From positions 768,001 through 832,000 of the forward strand of contig CBDCRW010000004.1 of assembly GCA_965221125.1 (NCBI GenBank): a DNA stretch of 64,000 nt. Direction: 5' to 3'. This DNA comes from Alphaproteobacteria bacterium. GTDB taxonomy: Bacteria; Pseudomonadota; Alphaproteobacteria; UBA828. The position numbers were made by a program, and so were the translations under genes. The notes beneath the pieces are model-generated. The model had not been told where the DNA came from. It made no database searches and saw nothing but the letters and a program-made list of their open reading frames with translations. Shown here one piece after another: positions 47,494 through 60,503 of the stretch. Position 1 is the first letter of the stretch. Each line of letters opens with the position of its first letter.

Positions 47494-48165
47494 TCACTTG
47501 AGCGTGCGAGCCGTCCATGCCGGATCGAGCGTCACGGGCATCTCGGCAAACACCCGGTAGCGCTGCGACTTCGGCTTGTCCCGGTCTGCCGCGTTGACGT
47601 AGCGAATGGACGACGCGCCGAGCAGGGCGCGCGGCAGGATCATCGCCCGAATGAAGCGGCTGGGGACGCTGGCGGACGCCTGGGCGAAGACGGGTTCCGG
47701 TCCGCTCTCGAACCAGGCGCCGCCGGGGCCGTAGGAGCAAGACCGGCCTTCCGTGTCGATCCTGATTTCTCCCTCTCGCAGACATCTGATTCCGGGGCCC
47801 TGGTGCGTGTGAAGGAGGGCCGTTCCGCCGGGCGGGAACGCGACGCTGTCGAGCCGGATCAGGAGATCGTCGGCGATCGCGGCTGGATCAATGCGGCCGG
47901 CCAGGCGGAGGGTCGTCCGGCGACCGTATGCGCTGGCCCGCGCGTCGGAAGACCCGGCCTCCCAACGCCAGACCGTGGCGCCGTCACGGCCGGCGCACAG
48001 CGTCGCCGCCTCCGCCGAAACGACGCCGTCGTCGCAGGGGATGTCCTCTCCGTCCACGGCGATGCTGCCGGCCGAGACGTAGATCGCCCTCGGCGCGGGC
48101 TCCTCCAGCCGGACGACTTCGCCGCCGAACAGCGTGTCCTCGAACAGCCGCAGTTCGCAGGGCAT
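47494..48165 (-). CDS. Cupin-fold protein
   Basis: DSVAFPPGG.A.LHTHQGPGIRCL..G pattern; co-oriented within the operon. Confidence 0.7.
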   Translation of the reverse strand: MPCELRLFEDTLFGGEVVRLEEPAPRAIYVSAGSIAVDGEDIPCDDGVVSAEAATLCAGRDGATVWRWEAGSSDARASAYGRRTTLRLAGRIDPAAIADDLLIRLDSVAFPPGGTALLHTHQGPGIRCLREGEIRIDTEGRSCSYGPGGAWFESGPEPVFAQASASVPSRFIRAMILPRALLGASSIRYVNAADRDKPKSQRYRVFAEMPVTLDPAWTARTLK

Positions 48166-48191
48166 GGTCCGGACCGCGGGAGCGCGGGAGA

Positions 48192-49307
48192 TCAGTCACC
48201 GTCGAAGATGATCTCGGGCAGCAGCGCCGAGACCACGAAGTTGGGCGCGTCCACGACGTTGCTGACCCGGAGGTCGACGGCGACGCTGCAGATCACGTAG
48301 GCCTGCTCGCGGCTGTAGCCGCGTTCCTGCAACAGCTCGATCATGTTCAGGACCGCATTGCGGCAGGCGAGCGTCAGGTTCTCGCCGTCGTTCTCGCCGT
48401 CGTCGGTGATCGGCATGCCCATGACGCCGAGGAAGCGCTGCGGAACGGCGACTTCCGGCGGGACGAAGTAGTCCTCCTGCGAGAACACCGGCGCCTGGAA
48501 CCTGCGCGACGCCGCGAGGCCCTTGTGCAGCCTGAAGCGCACCACAGCGGTGGCGCCCATCTCCACGGCGGTCACGCAGACCTCGCCGTCGCCCTGCGCG
48601 AAGTGCCCGTCGCCCGTCGAGAAGAGGGCGCCGTGGACGTAGACCGGCAGCACCAGCTTCGAGCCCTTGGTGAGCTGCTTGACGTCGAAGTTGCCGCCGG
48701 CCTCGCGGGGCGGGAGCGTCCGCAAGCCGTGCAGGCCGCACGCGCCGCCGGGGACCGCGCCCGCGAGATCGGGCGGGAACACCAGGCCGCCCTTGTCGAG
48801 CAGCCGCTGCTCCCGGTCCGTCCATGCGGCGAGCGCCTCGGGCGAGGGTGCCACGCCCGAGACGCCCATGAAGGGTCCGCCGGGAACGCGCACGCCGGGG
48901 ATCTGGTCGGACGTGGCCCAGCCGTCGGCGATCGTCCAGTGCACCAGGAAGGCCTCGGTCATGACATCGCGCAGGAAGCCGAGGCCGGGAAAGATGCCGC
49001 TGAAGGCGATCGGTTGCGCCTCGATATCCAGGAATTCGATCTCCAGGGCGTCGCCGGGCTCGGCGCCCTTGACGTAGATCGGCCCGGTGAGAGGGTGTAT
49101 GGCGCCCGCTTCGATAGCGTCGAACACGGACACGGTGGCGTCGGGCGGGATCTGGCCGTCGAGCGCGTCGCGCGTCTCCATGACCACCTCTTCCCCCTCG
49201 TCGACCTCGAGCACGGGCGGAATGTCGGGATGGAACCTGTTGTGACCGACGTGCGGCTCCTCCGCCAGGGGCTTGCTGCGGTCGATGCGAATCGCGTGCA
49301 TGGTCAT
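48192..49307 (-). CDS. Acetamidase/formamidase family protein
   Basis: HNRFHPDI, HPLTGPIYVKGAEPGD, GGNFD and GDGHFAQGDGEVC..AVE motifs. Confidence 0.9.
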   Translation of the reverse strand: MTMHAIRIDRSKPLAEEPHVGHNRFHPDIPPVLEVDEGEEVVMETRDALDGQIPPDATVSVFDAIEAGAIHPLTGPIYVKGAEPGDALEIEFLDIEAQPIAFSGIFPGLGFLRDVMTEAFLVHWTIADGWATSDQIPGVRVPGGPFMGVSGVAPSPEALAAWTDREQRLLDKGGLVFPPDLAGAVPGGACGLHGLRTLPPREAGGNFDVKQLTKGSKLVLPVYVHGALFSTGDGHFAQGDGEVCVTAVEMGATAVVRFRLHKGLAASRRFQAPVFSQEDYFVPPEVAVPQRFLGVMGMPITDDGENDGENLTLACRNAVLNMIELLQERGYSREQAYVICSVAVDLRVSNVVDAPNFVVSALLPEIIFDGD

Positions 49308-49478
49308 CTCTCCCCCTTGCGGATCGGCGCGCTTGATCTGGTAGCCGGCATGTTAAGATCGTAACAGACAGGCGATGCGGCGGTCATCTTGCGGGCCTGG
49401 TCACGCCGGCAGGCACGCGGAATCAAGGGAAGGCCGACCACAAGGACCAGCGCACCAGCCGCCGGGAGGAGAAAGCCG

Positions 49479-49895
49479 ATGCTCAGCGTGCCGCCAGAGG
49501 GTTTCAGGAGCTACGACCCGGACGGGAGCCCGAACAGCTTCACGCCCCTGCTGAATCTGAACATCGCGAACGCCGGGGTGGTGGCCTGCCTCGAAGTGTT
49601 CCCGCAGGGCGGCGAGGCGATTCCGCCGCATCACCACCAGGCCACCGAGGTGTTCCTCGTGCTGGCAGGCAGGGGCGAGGCGCGGATCGGCGCGGGGCCC
49701 TGGCAGGAGATCGGGAAGGGCACCGCGCTCGCCGTCCCGCCGGAGACGACGCACACCATCAAGAACACCGGCGACGGCGACCTCGTCTGCCTCACGATCA
49801 TGACGCCGGGCGAGGACCTGACCGCCCTTCTCACGGGTGACTGCAAGGCCAGCGAACTCGACATCGTCGAGGGCAGGCAGGACGCCAGCGACTGA
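49479..49895 (+). CDS. Cupin domain protein
   Basis: IPPHHH..TEVF.VL.G and VPP..TH..KNTG motifs; GGAGGAG RBS. Confidence 0.8.
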   Translation: MLSVPPEGFRSYDPDGSPNSFTPLLNLNIANAGVVACLEVFPQGGEAIPPHHHQATEVFLVLAGRGEARIGAGPWQEIGKGTALAVPPETTHTIKNTGDGDLVCLTIMTPGEDLTALLTGDCKASELDIVEGRQDASD

Positions 49896-50084
49896 GATCA
49901 ACGAAGGCAGGTCGCAGCGGAGGCCGTTGCCGGAGCGCCTCTTGCGGCGCCGATTTCCTGTATCCCCAAGCTGGCGCGCGCGAGTGGCCGTTGCAGGCGC
50001 GCGTGTGTACAGTCGACGCCGTCCGCGTCCCCTCGCGATCCCCTTGGAGGCGGACGGGGAAAGGCCGGACCGAAGGAGGATCGG

Positions 50085-50864
50085 ATGCTGGGCAGGGTGG
50101 AGAGCATTTGGCGCTATCCGGTGAAGAGCATGCGGGGCGAAGAGGTCGACGAGATCTTCGTCGCCTTCACCGGGCTCATGGGCGACCGGGTCTACGCGAT
50201 CGCCTCAACTGCTGCGCCAAAATCCTTCCCCTGGCACACGGCGCGGGAACAGGAGGACCTGGTGCTCTACCAGGCGCGCTTCAGGCAGCGGGACGGCACG
50301 CTCAAGCCCGACAACATGGAAGAGGCCATGGGCCACCCCGCCAACGTCCACGCGCCCTTCCCCGAGGCCGAGGCCTTCGCCGTGGAGGTCGAGCGGCCCG
50401 ACGGCTCCCTGGTGGAGATCGAGGACCCGGCCTTCCTCGACGGGATCAGGGACAGGTCCAAGGGCGCGCTCTCGCTCCGCTTCACCCAGCGCAGCCTCGT
50501 CGATTGCCGCCCGGTGACGCTCTTCTCGCTGCAGACCGTGGGTCAACTCGCCGACGAGACCGGCATCGACGTTCACAAGCTCCAGTTCCGCGCTAACTTC
50601 TACGTCGACTGGGCGGAGGAGGGGGGCTTCTACGAGGACGAGCTGGTGGGCCGCCGCATCGCCGTGGGCGATAAGGTCGAGCTGATGGTGGTGGAGCGCG
50701 ACCCGCGCTGCAAGTTCATCACCATCCACCCGGAGACCGCCGAGACGACGCCCGCGCTCTTGAAGCACGTCAACCGGACGCGCGACGGCTTTGCGGGCGT
50801 CTACGCCGCGGTCATCAAGGAAGGCCCGGTCAAGGCCGGCGACGAGATCGCGCTGGTGGACTGA
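50085..50864 (+). CDS. MOSC domain protein
   Basis: [26 protein letters not shown] and GVYA.V...G.V..GD motifs. Confidence 0.9.
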   Translation: MLGRVESIWRYPVKSMRGEEVDEIFVAFTGLMGDRVYAIASTAAPKSFPWHTAREQEDLVLYQARFRQRDGTLKPDNMEEAMGHPANVHAPFPEAEAFAVEVERPDGSLVEIEDPAFLDGIRDRSKGALSLRFTQRSLVDCRPVTLFSLQTVGQLADETGIDVHKLQFRANFYVDWAEEGGFYEDELVGRRIAVGDKVELMVVERDPRCKFITIHPETAETTPALLKHVNRTRDGFAGVYAAVIKEGPVKAGDEIALVD

Positions 50865-50911
50865 CGGCGTCCGCCCGGCCACCCTTCACTCGATAGCGGG
50901 AGCATTGCGTC

Positions 50912-54556
<3,645 letters not shown>

Positions 54557-54594
54557 GCGCGCCAGCGCAGGCTGGATGAAGAAGGAGACAGGCC

Positions 54595-54990
54595 ATGACA
54601 CTCACGCTCGATGAGGCCAACCGCATCGCAGCCGGCGCGATCGAACACGCGCGCTCGCTCGATATCCTCGTGTGCGTCGCCGTCTGCGATGCCGGCGGGC
54701 GGCTGGTCTCGTTCCAGCGCATGGACGGCGCCATCTGGGCAGCGGTCTACGGTTGCCAGGGCAAGGCCATCGCATCCGCCGCCTTCGGCCGCCCCAGCGG
54801 CGACCTCACCGAGCGCGCCGATCACCCCACCTTCCGCGGCATCGTCGCGAAAGACGGCGGGCACATGATCCTCGGCCGGGGCGCCGTGCCGATCCTGCGC
54901 GACGGCCAGGTCATCGGCGCCTGCGGGGTCGGCGGCGGCACCGGCGAGGAGGACGAAGAGTGCGCCAGGGCGGGTGTGGCGACGCTCTGA
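54595..54990 (+). CDS. GlcG/HbpS family heme-binding protein
   Basis: VAVCDAGG.L..FQRMDGA, KA and GAVPI...G..IGACGVGG...EDE motifs. Confidence 0.88.
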   Translation: MTLTLDEANRIAAGAIEHARSLDILVCVAVCDAGGRLVSFQRMDGAIWAAVYGCQGKAIASAAFGRPSGDLTERADHPTFRGIVAKDGGHMILGRGAVPILRDGQVIGACGVGGGTGEEDEECARAGVATL

Positions 54991-55018
54991 ACGTGGTTGA
55001 AGAACGGAGCTTCGCCGC

Positions 55019-56707
55019 TCAGCCGTACTTGTAGTCCCGCCGCGCGCCTTCGGGCGTGATCCAGCCTTCGCTCAGGTCCTCGGCGATCATGCCGGGGTCG
55101 CGGTCGGCGGGGTCGCCGTAGCCGCCGGCGCCGGGCGCCACCAGGCGGACGCGGTCCCCCGGCCCGATGGTCGCGTTGGCGAACTTGCTGGGCGAGGTCT
55201 TGCCGAAGGCCTCGGTGAAGGGGCGCCACTCGTTGCTGCCGTCCGCCTGGTAGAAGAGGCCGCCCACAGCCCCCGACCCGCCGCCGAGCAATCCCCAGGG
55301 GCGCTTCTTGTGACGGTCCGAGACCGAGCTCACGGTGATGTCCGTGTCCACGGCGCGCAGCACCTTGGCGAGCGCATGGGCGCCGCGGTAGCGGCCGGGG
55401 CCGGCGGTGTCCGGCTGCAGCGCGTACTCCTCGATCACCCACGGGTAGCGCACCTCGAACACCTCGATGGGCACCATGCGCGAGTTGCCGTTGATGCAGT
55501 TGATGACCTCGTTGCCGTCGGCGAAGGGCCGCCCGCCCCAGGCGGCGCAGGTGAAGTCGTAGCAGACCACGTAGTCGCCGGAGCGCGGGTCCGTCGCGCC
55601 GAAGAGGAAGTTGCTGTGGGTGCCCGCGTCGGTGGCGAACGCGCGCTCCGGCACGCACTGCGCCAGTGCCGCGATGATCGTATACGCGATGCGGATGTGG
55701 GTCTCGGTGTTGCCGCCGACGCAGGTCGCCGGATAGTCCGCGTTCACCATCGAGCCGCCCGGCGCCACGATCTTGATCGGGCGGAAGCAGCCCGAGTTCT
55801 TGGGGATCGAGGGGTCGGTGAGGTGCAGGATCGCGTTGTAGGCCGATGACCACGCCACCGAGAGCACCGCGTTGATCGGCCCCCGCGCCTGCTCGTCCGA
55901 GCCGCCGTAGTCCACCACCACCTCGTCGCCCTGCACGTGGACGTCGACGTGGATCTTGTACGGCCGGTCCTCGATGCCGTCGTCCTCCATGTAGTCCTCG
56001 AAGCTGTAGACCCCGTCGCGGAAGGCCGAGAGCTCGGCCCGCATGCGGGACTCCGCATAGTCCATCAGGTCGTCGGCGGTCTCGCGGAAGGTCTCGGGTC
56101 CGTACTTCTCGATCAGCGCCGTGAGCCTCGCCGCGCCCACGTCGACGGCGCTGATGAGCGCGCGGAAGTCGCCGTAGTTGGCGCGGGGCGTGCGGTAGTT
56201 GGCGAGCATCAGCTTCCACACCTCGACCACGTCCCTTCCGCGCTCCTTGATCTTGACCGGGGGGACGCGCATCCCCTCGTGGAAGATCTCCGTGGCCTCG
56301 CCCGCGAAGCCGCCCGGCACCATGCCGCCCACCTCCGCCACATGGCCGATGGCGACGGCGTAGCCCATCAGCTCGCCCCGGTAGAAGACGGGCTTGATGA
56401 AGGTGTGCTCCGGCGTGTGCATGCCGCCCCGGTAGGGGTCGTTGTGGACGATGACGTCGCCTTCTTCGATCTCGTCGGGCGGGATTTCCTGAGCCGAGGT
56501 CTGGAGGACGAGCGGCAGGCCGCCGATCTGCGAGGGGTTGAACTCGGCGACCCCGATCAGGTCGCCCCGCGTGTTGCCGAGGCCGCAGGTGAAGTCCAGG
56601 CCTTCGTTGAAGATGGTGGAATAGGAGGTCTTCATCATCGTGATGCCCATCTCGCGGCAGATGGACACCATCGTCGAATCGATGATGTTCATGGTGACCA
56701 TGTCCAT
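55019..56707 (-). CDS. Hydantoinase B/oxoprolinase family subunit
   Basis: TSYSTIFNEGLDF, HNDPYRGGMHTPE, HVAEVGG..PG, EIFHEG, GPGRYRG and GGYGDP motifs. Confidence 0.9.
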   Translation of the reverse strand: MDMVTMNIIDSTMVSICREMGITMMKTSYSTIFNEGLDFTCGLGNTRGDLIGVAEFNPSQIGGLPLVLQTSAQEIPPDEIEEGDVIVHNDPYRGGMHTPEHTFIKPVFYRGELMGYAVAIGHVAEVGGMVPGGFAGEATEIFHEGMRVPPVKIKERGRDVVEVWKLMLANYRTPRANYGDFRALISAVDVGAARLTALIEKYGPETFRETADDLMDYAESRMRAELSAFRDGVYSFEDYMEDDGIEDRPYKIHVDVHVQGDEVVVDYGGSDEQARGPINAVLSVAWSSAYNAILHLTDPSIPKNSGCFRPIKIVAPGGSMVNADYPATCVGGNTETHIRIAYTIIAALAQCVPERAFATDAGTHSNFLFGATDPRSGDYVVCYDFTCAAWGGRPFADGNEVINCINGNSRMVPIEVFEVRYPWVIEEYALQPDTAGPGRYRGAHALAKVLRAVDTDITVSSVSDRHKKRPWGLLGGGSGAVGGLFYQADGSNEWRPFTEAFGKTSPSKFANATIGPGDRVRLVAPGAGGYGDPADRDPGMIAEDLSEGWITPEGARRDYKYG

Positions 56708-56980
56708 GGCCGGGACCTCCTCTGCGGCCTCACCCGCGCGCCGGGCGCCGCCACAGTGGCCCACGCCCTTCCGAGCCGCAAGCGGGCGGGCGCGTCGTGC
56801 GGCCTCGAGTCGAATTCAAGGGCCGGAATGCGGTTGACTTTCGATCAACAATGCGCTGGTTGGGGCGAAGCGTCGGATGCCGGCGGTGGCGGTCGCTGAC
56901 TGGAACGCAGAGGAGAGGGGAACAGGGCATCGGAGGCTGTCGACGATTCGGAGTCCGATCCGCCCTGGACCGAGGCAGAC

Positions 56981-57475
56981 ATGCAGACGAAGAGAGAACA
57001 CGACGCAACGCCAGAGATCGGAATTCCGATCACGTTGTTCGACACCGTAATGGAGGACGACGACGGCAACCTGGAAATACCGAACCTGGACATGCTCCTG
57101 GCAACTGTCGCCGTGGCCCGCTCGCTCGCGCCAATCCAGTTGGTGGGGGCGGAACTCCGATTCTTCCGCCATGTTCTGCATCTGACGGGGGCCGAATTCG
57201 CGCGCGCGATCGATCTCAGCGACAAGACCGTCGTTTCGCGCTGGGAGAACGGCAGGACGCGCCCCGGCGGATTCACGGAAAAGGTCATTCGGCAACTCAT
57301 CCTGAACAAGCTGGGCCAGCGTGCGCCGGGCATCGAGATTCCGGAGAACGCGATTCCCGGAATGAGGATTCGCCAGCGCGAGGTTTCGGAGGGTCCGCTG
57401 CCAATGGCTTTCTGCTTCAAGAGCCGTTCGGAAGCGGGCGGCCGGCCCGCAGGTTGCTATGCCGAGGCAGCCTGA
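56981..57475 (+). CDS. Xre/Cro HTH protein, MqsA/YgiT antitoxin-like
   Basis: L.GAELRFFR..L.LTGAEFA..I.....VVSRWENG pattern. Confidence 0.7.
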   Translation: MQTKREHDATPEIGIPITLFDTVMEDDDGNLEIPNLDMLLATVAVARSLAPIQLVGAELRFFRHVLHLTGAEFARAIDLSDKTVVSRWENGRTRPGGFTEKVIRQLILNKLGQRAPGIEIPENAIPGMRIRQREVSEGPLPMAFCFKSRSEAGGRPAGCYAEAA

Positions 57476-57509
57476 CGGATGACCGGGGCTCTGACCGCGA
57501 CTTAGCAGG

Positions 57510-57854
57510 TCAGTCGAAGGGATCAAGGCTCGCCTGCGCCTTGCGCGTGAGCCCAGCGCGCACGATGCGGTAGGAGTCCGCGAGCCGCTTGCGGAGCTCG
57601 TCCTCCGGCAGGTCCCAGGGAATGTTGATCCAGGAGCGGTGGAAGTAGGGCGCCTTGCGGCCGACTCCCATCTCGATCAGCATCTCGGCGGTCTCGACGC
57701 TGTCCGTCTTGATGGAGACGCCCGGCGTCTTCGAGCCGATGCTGGCGAACATCTTGCCGCCCACCTTCCAGGCGTCGTGACCGCCGCCCCAGGGATCCGA
57801 GACCTCGGCGCCGGGGAAGGTCCGGCAGATCGCGTTGACGGTGTCGCGGCTCAT
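57510..57854 (-). CDS. MmcQ/YjbR family DNA-binding protein
   Basis: PGA...PW......WKVGGKMFA, APYFHRSW and LADSY.IV..GL.RK motifs. Confidence 0.88.
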   Translation of the reverse strand: MSRDTVNAICRTFPGAEVSDPWGGGHDAWKVGGKMFASIGSKTPGVSIKTDSVETAEMLIEMGVGRKAPYFHRSWINIPWDLPEDELRKRLADSYRIVRAGLTRKAQASLDPFD

Positions 57855-58076
57855 GCGGCGCCTCGCTCTCGCCCGGCGGATCGGACGAAAATGTCGTCCT
57901 GGCGGGCGGCGCCGATGGTACACGCGGCTCTCGCGCCATGCTCCCCCAATTGAGGGCGGTCGGCTGAACGCATTGCCGCGATGCCGAGGAGGGGTATATT
58001 TCTCCCTGCCGTTGAATGATATGAGTAATATTTCCCCACGAAGCCGGAAATTTACGTCGGCCGTGCCCATTGCGTT

Positions 58077-58105
58077 TCACGATATGCACAATTGGCATAT
58101 CGTGA
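58077..58105. promoter_or_regulatory. Perfect 11-bp inverted repeat, candidate operator
   Basis: TCACGATATGC-acaattg-GCATATCGTGA in an AT-rich divergent intergenic region. Confidence 0.5.
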
Positions 58106-58133
58106 GCCTTCCACGAGCCGCGAGACGAAGGCG

Positions 58134-58580
58134 ATGGCACGCCTTGCAGCCTTGGCGCTGTTGCTCATGGTGGTGTCGATACCCGCGACGGCGGCCGACT
58201 ACGCGTGGCCGGTGGTCCGCGTGGTCGACGGCGACACCGTGGCGGTGGATGCCTCGGCCGACCTGCCGCCCGAGCTGGCCGATCTGCGGGTGCGCCTGCG
58301 CGGCGTCGACACGCCGGAGAAGGGCGGGCGCGCCAAGTGCCCGGATGAGCGCGAGGCCGGGCGGGCGGCGACGGCGTTCACCGAGCAGGCCGTCGCCGGC
58401 GCGTCGACGATCGTGGTGCGCAATCTCGAATGGGGCAAGTGGGGCGGGCGCGTCGTCGCCGACCTCGTGCTCGACGGCCACTCCCTCTCCGAATCGTTGA
58501 TCGCGGCCGGTCACGGGCGGGCCTACGACGGCGGCAAACGCGGGAGCTGGTGCGCGCAGGCTGAGAGCCGGGAGCAGTAG
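58134..58580 (+). CDS. Secreted thermonuclease (SNase) family protein
   Basis: Signal peptide followed by VRVVDGDT, VRLRGVDTPE and GKWGGR motifs. Confidence 0.88.
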   Translation: MARLAALALLLMVVSIPATAADYAWPVVRVVDGDTVAVDASADLPPELADLRVRLRGVDTPEKGGRAKCPDEREAGRAATAFTEQAVAGASTIVVRNLEWGKWGGRVVADLVLDGHSLSESLIAAGHGRAYDGGKRGSWCAQAESREQ

Positions 58581-58676
58581 CGTCCCCGCCCGCGCCATGA
58601 CTCCACGGCGCCTCTCGTTTATCTTCTGCCCCGACCCGCGCGGCGGACGGTCGCCTGGCGCGGAAGGGAGGGACAG

Positions 58677-60089
58677 ATGGAAGGGCAACTCGCAACCAAT
58701 TTGAGCCTGGAGCAGATGGACGTGGAGACCACGCTCCACGCGTTTACCCCGATTCACGAGCATGAGAAGTCCGGCCCGCACATCATCACCAGCGGCGACG
58801 GCATCTACGTCACCGACAACAAGGGCGACACCTACATCGACTCCATGGCCTCGCTCTTCTGCGTCAACGCGGGCTACGGGCGGAAGGAGATCGGCGAGGC
58901 GATCGCCGACCAGGCCCGGAGCTTCCCCTACTTCCACACCATGGCGGGCCATGCCAACGAGCAGCAGATCAGGCTGAGCGACCGCCTCATGGACATCCTG
59001 CCGGACAACATGAGCCGCATCCTCTACGCGAGCTCGGGCTCGGAGGCGAACGACGCCAACGTCAAGCTCGCCTGGATGTACCAGCGCTGCCGCGGCAAGC
59101 CGGAGAAGCGCAAGATCATCGCGCGCAGCATGGGCTATCACGGCGTCACCGGGATCGCGACCAACCTCTCCGGCCTGCCGCTCATGCACGAGGCCTTCGG
59201 CCTGCCGCTGCCGGGCTTCCTGCACACCGACAAGGGCCACTACTACTGGGAGGGCGAGCCCGGCGAGAGCGAGCGCGACTTCTCGAAGCGCATGGCCGCC
59301 GCCCTGGACGAGATGATCGTGAAGGAAGGTCCCGAGACCGTCTGCGCCTTCATCTCCGAGCCCGTGATGGGCGCCGCCGCCTGCGTGGCCCCGGCCGAGG
59401 GCTACTTCGAGGAGATGCAGGCGGTCTGCAAGCGCCACGACGTGCTCTTCATCGCCGACGAGGTGATCACCGGCTTCGGCCGCCTCGGCACCTGGTTCGC
59501 GACCGAGAAGTACGGCCTCGACCCCGACCTGATGACGCTGTCCAAGGGCATCACCAGCGCCTACGTGCCGCTCTCGGCCTCGATCATCTCGGACCGCGTG
59601 TGGGAGGTGCTGCACGAGGGCTCGAAGGACATCCCGATCTTCGCCCACGGGCACACCGCGAGCGCGCATCCGCTCGCCTGCGCCGCCGCCAACGCCAACC
59701 TCGCGCTGATGGAGCAGGAGGACATGGTGGGTAACGCCGCGTCCACCGGCGCCTACTTCAAGCACCAGCTCGAGGAGCGCGTCGGCCCGCATCCGCTGAT
59801 GGGCGAGATCAGGGGCGACGGCCTGATGATCGCGATCGAGCTGGTGGCGAACAAGGCGACCAAGGAAGAGCTCAACCTGGAGTGGGACTGCTCGCACCGG
59901 CTCTTCGACCTCTGCCTGGAGGAGAAGCTGATTACGCGCGGCTTCTTCGGCCACAACTCGACCTCGTTCGCGCCGCCGCTCACGATCACGCCGGCGCAGG
60001 TGGACGACGTGATCGACCGCTTCTCCCGCGGCCTCGACAAGCTCACGGCCGACCTCAAGTCGGAGTACGGCTTCACCCCGCCGGCCTGA
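58677..60089 (+). CDS. Class III (omega-amino acid) aminotransferase
   Basis: SGSEAND, GYHG, EPVMGA, DEVITGFGRLG, LSKGITSAY.PLS and HGHT motifs. Confidence 0.9.
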   Translation: MEGQLATNLSLEQMDVETTLHAFTPIHEHEKSGPHIITSGDGIYVTDNKGDTYIDSMASLFCVNAGYGRKEIGEAIADQARSFPYFHTMAGHANEQQIRLSDRLMDILPDNMSRILYASSGSEANDANVKLAWMYQRCRGKPEKRKIIARSMGYHGVTGIATNLSGLPLMHEAFGLPLPGFLHTDKGHYYWEGEPGESERDFSKRMAAALDEMIVKEGPETVCAFISEPVMGAAACVAPAEGYFEEMQAVCKRHDVLFIADEVITGFGRLGTWFATEKYGLDPDLMTLSKGITSAYVPLSASIISDRVWEVLHEGSKDIPIFAHGHTASAHPLACAAANANLALMEQEDMVGNAASTGAYFKHQLEERVGPHPLMGEIRGDGLMIAIELVANKATKEELNLEWDCSHRLFDLCLEEKLITRGFFGHNSTSFAPPLTITPAQVDDVIDRFSRGLDKLTADLKSEYGFTPPA

Positions 60090-60104
60090 GCGACGGAGAG
60101 AGCA

Positions 60105-60131
60105 GGGCGGCCCTCGCGGCCGCCCGTTCTC
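60105..60131 (+). terminator. Possible terminator hairpin after the aminotransferase
   Basis: GGGCGGCC-ctcgc-GGCCGCCC stem; the U-tract is weak. Confidence 0.3.
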
Positions 60132-60209
60132 GCCGGTGCGGAACCGCCGCCCCGGCCGCGGCGCGGTCCGGCATCGCGACGTTGCTTTATTCCGGGATAT
60201 TCCGGCACT

Positions 60210-60431
60210 TCAATTCGCTCCGAAGCGTACTCTTGTCGCTTGAACGATCGGATCCCTGTCCCTCAGCCGGCGATAGACCGCGTATGGATCTCTCGCGACC
60301 TCGTCGAAGGGCGGATGGTAGGTGACACCGCTCTCGAGTCGCCCGCGAGCCAGCAGCACCTGCATGGCGACCGGCTTGAGGAGACCGGCGACAGCCTTCA
60401 GCGCCTTGTTCAGGTTGGGGAGAATTGGCAA
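60210..60431 (-). pseudogene. Cytochrome P450 N-terminal remnant
   Basis: Y.P.....ARDPYAVYRRLRDRDPI is a typical bacterial P450 start. Similarity stops there, and no heme-Cys motif follows. Confidence 0.55.
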
Positions 60432-60503
60432 GTTTTCTTGCCGTAACCAGAGTGATCGCGGGGATGAGGCGCCATAAGCGCTTGGCCGCGGCCGATCTCG
60501 CCC

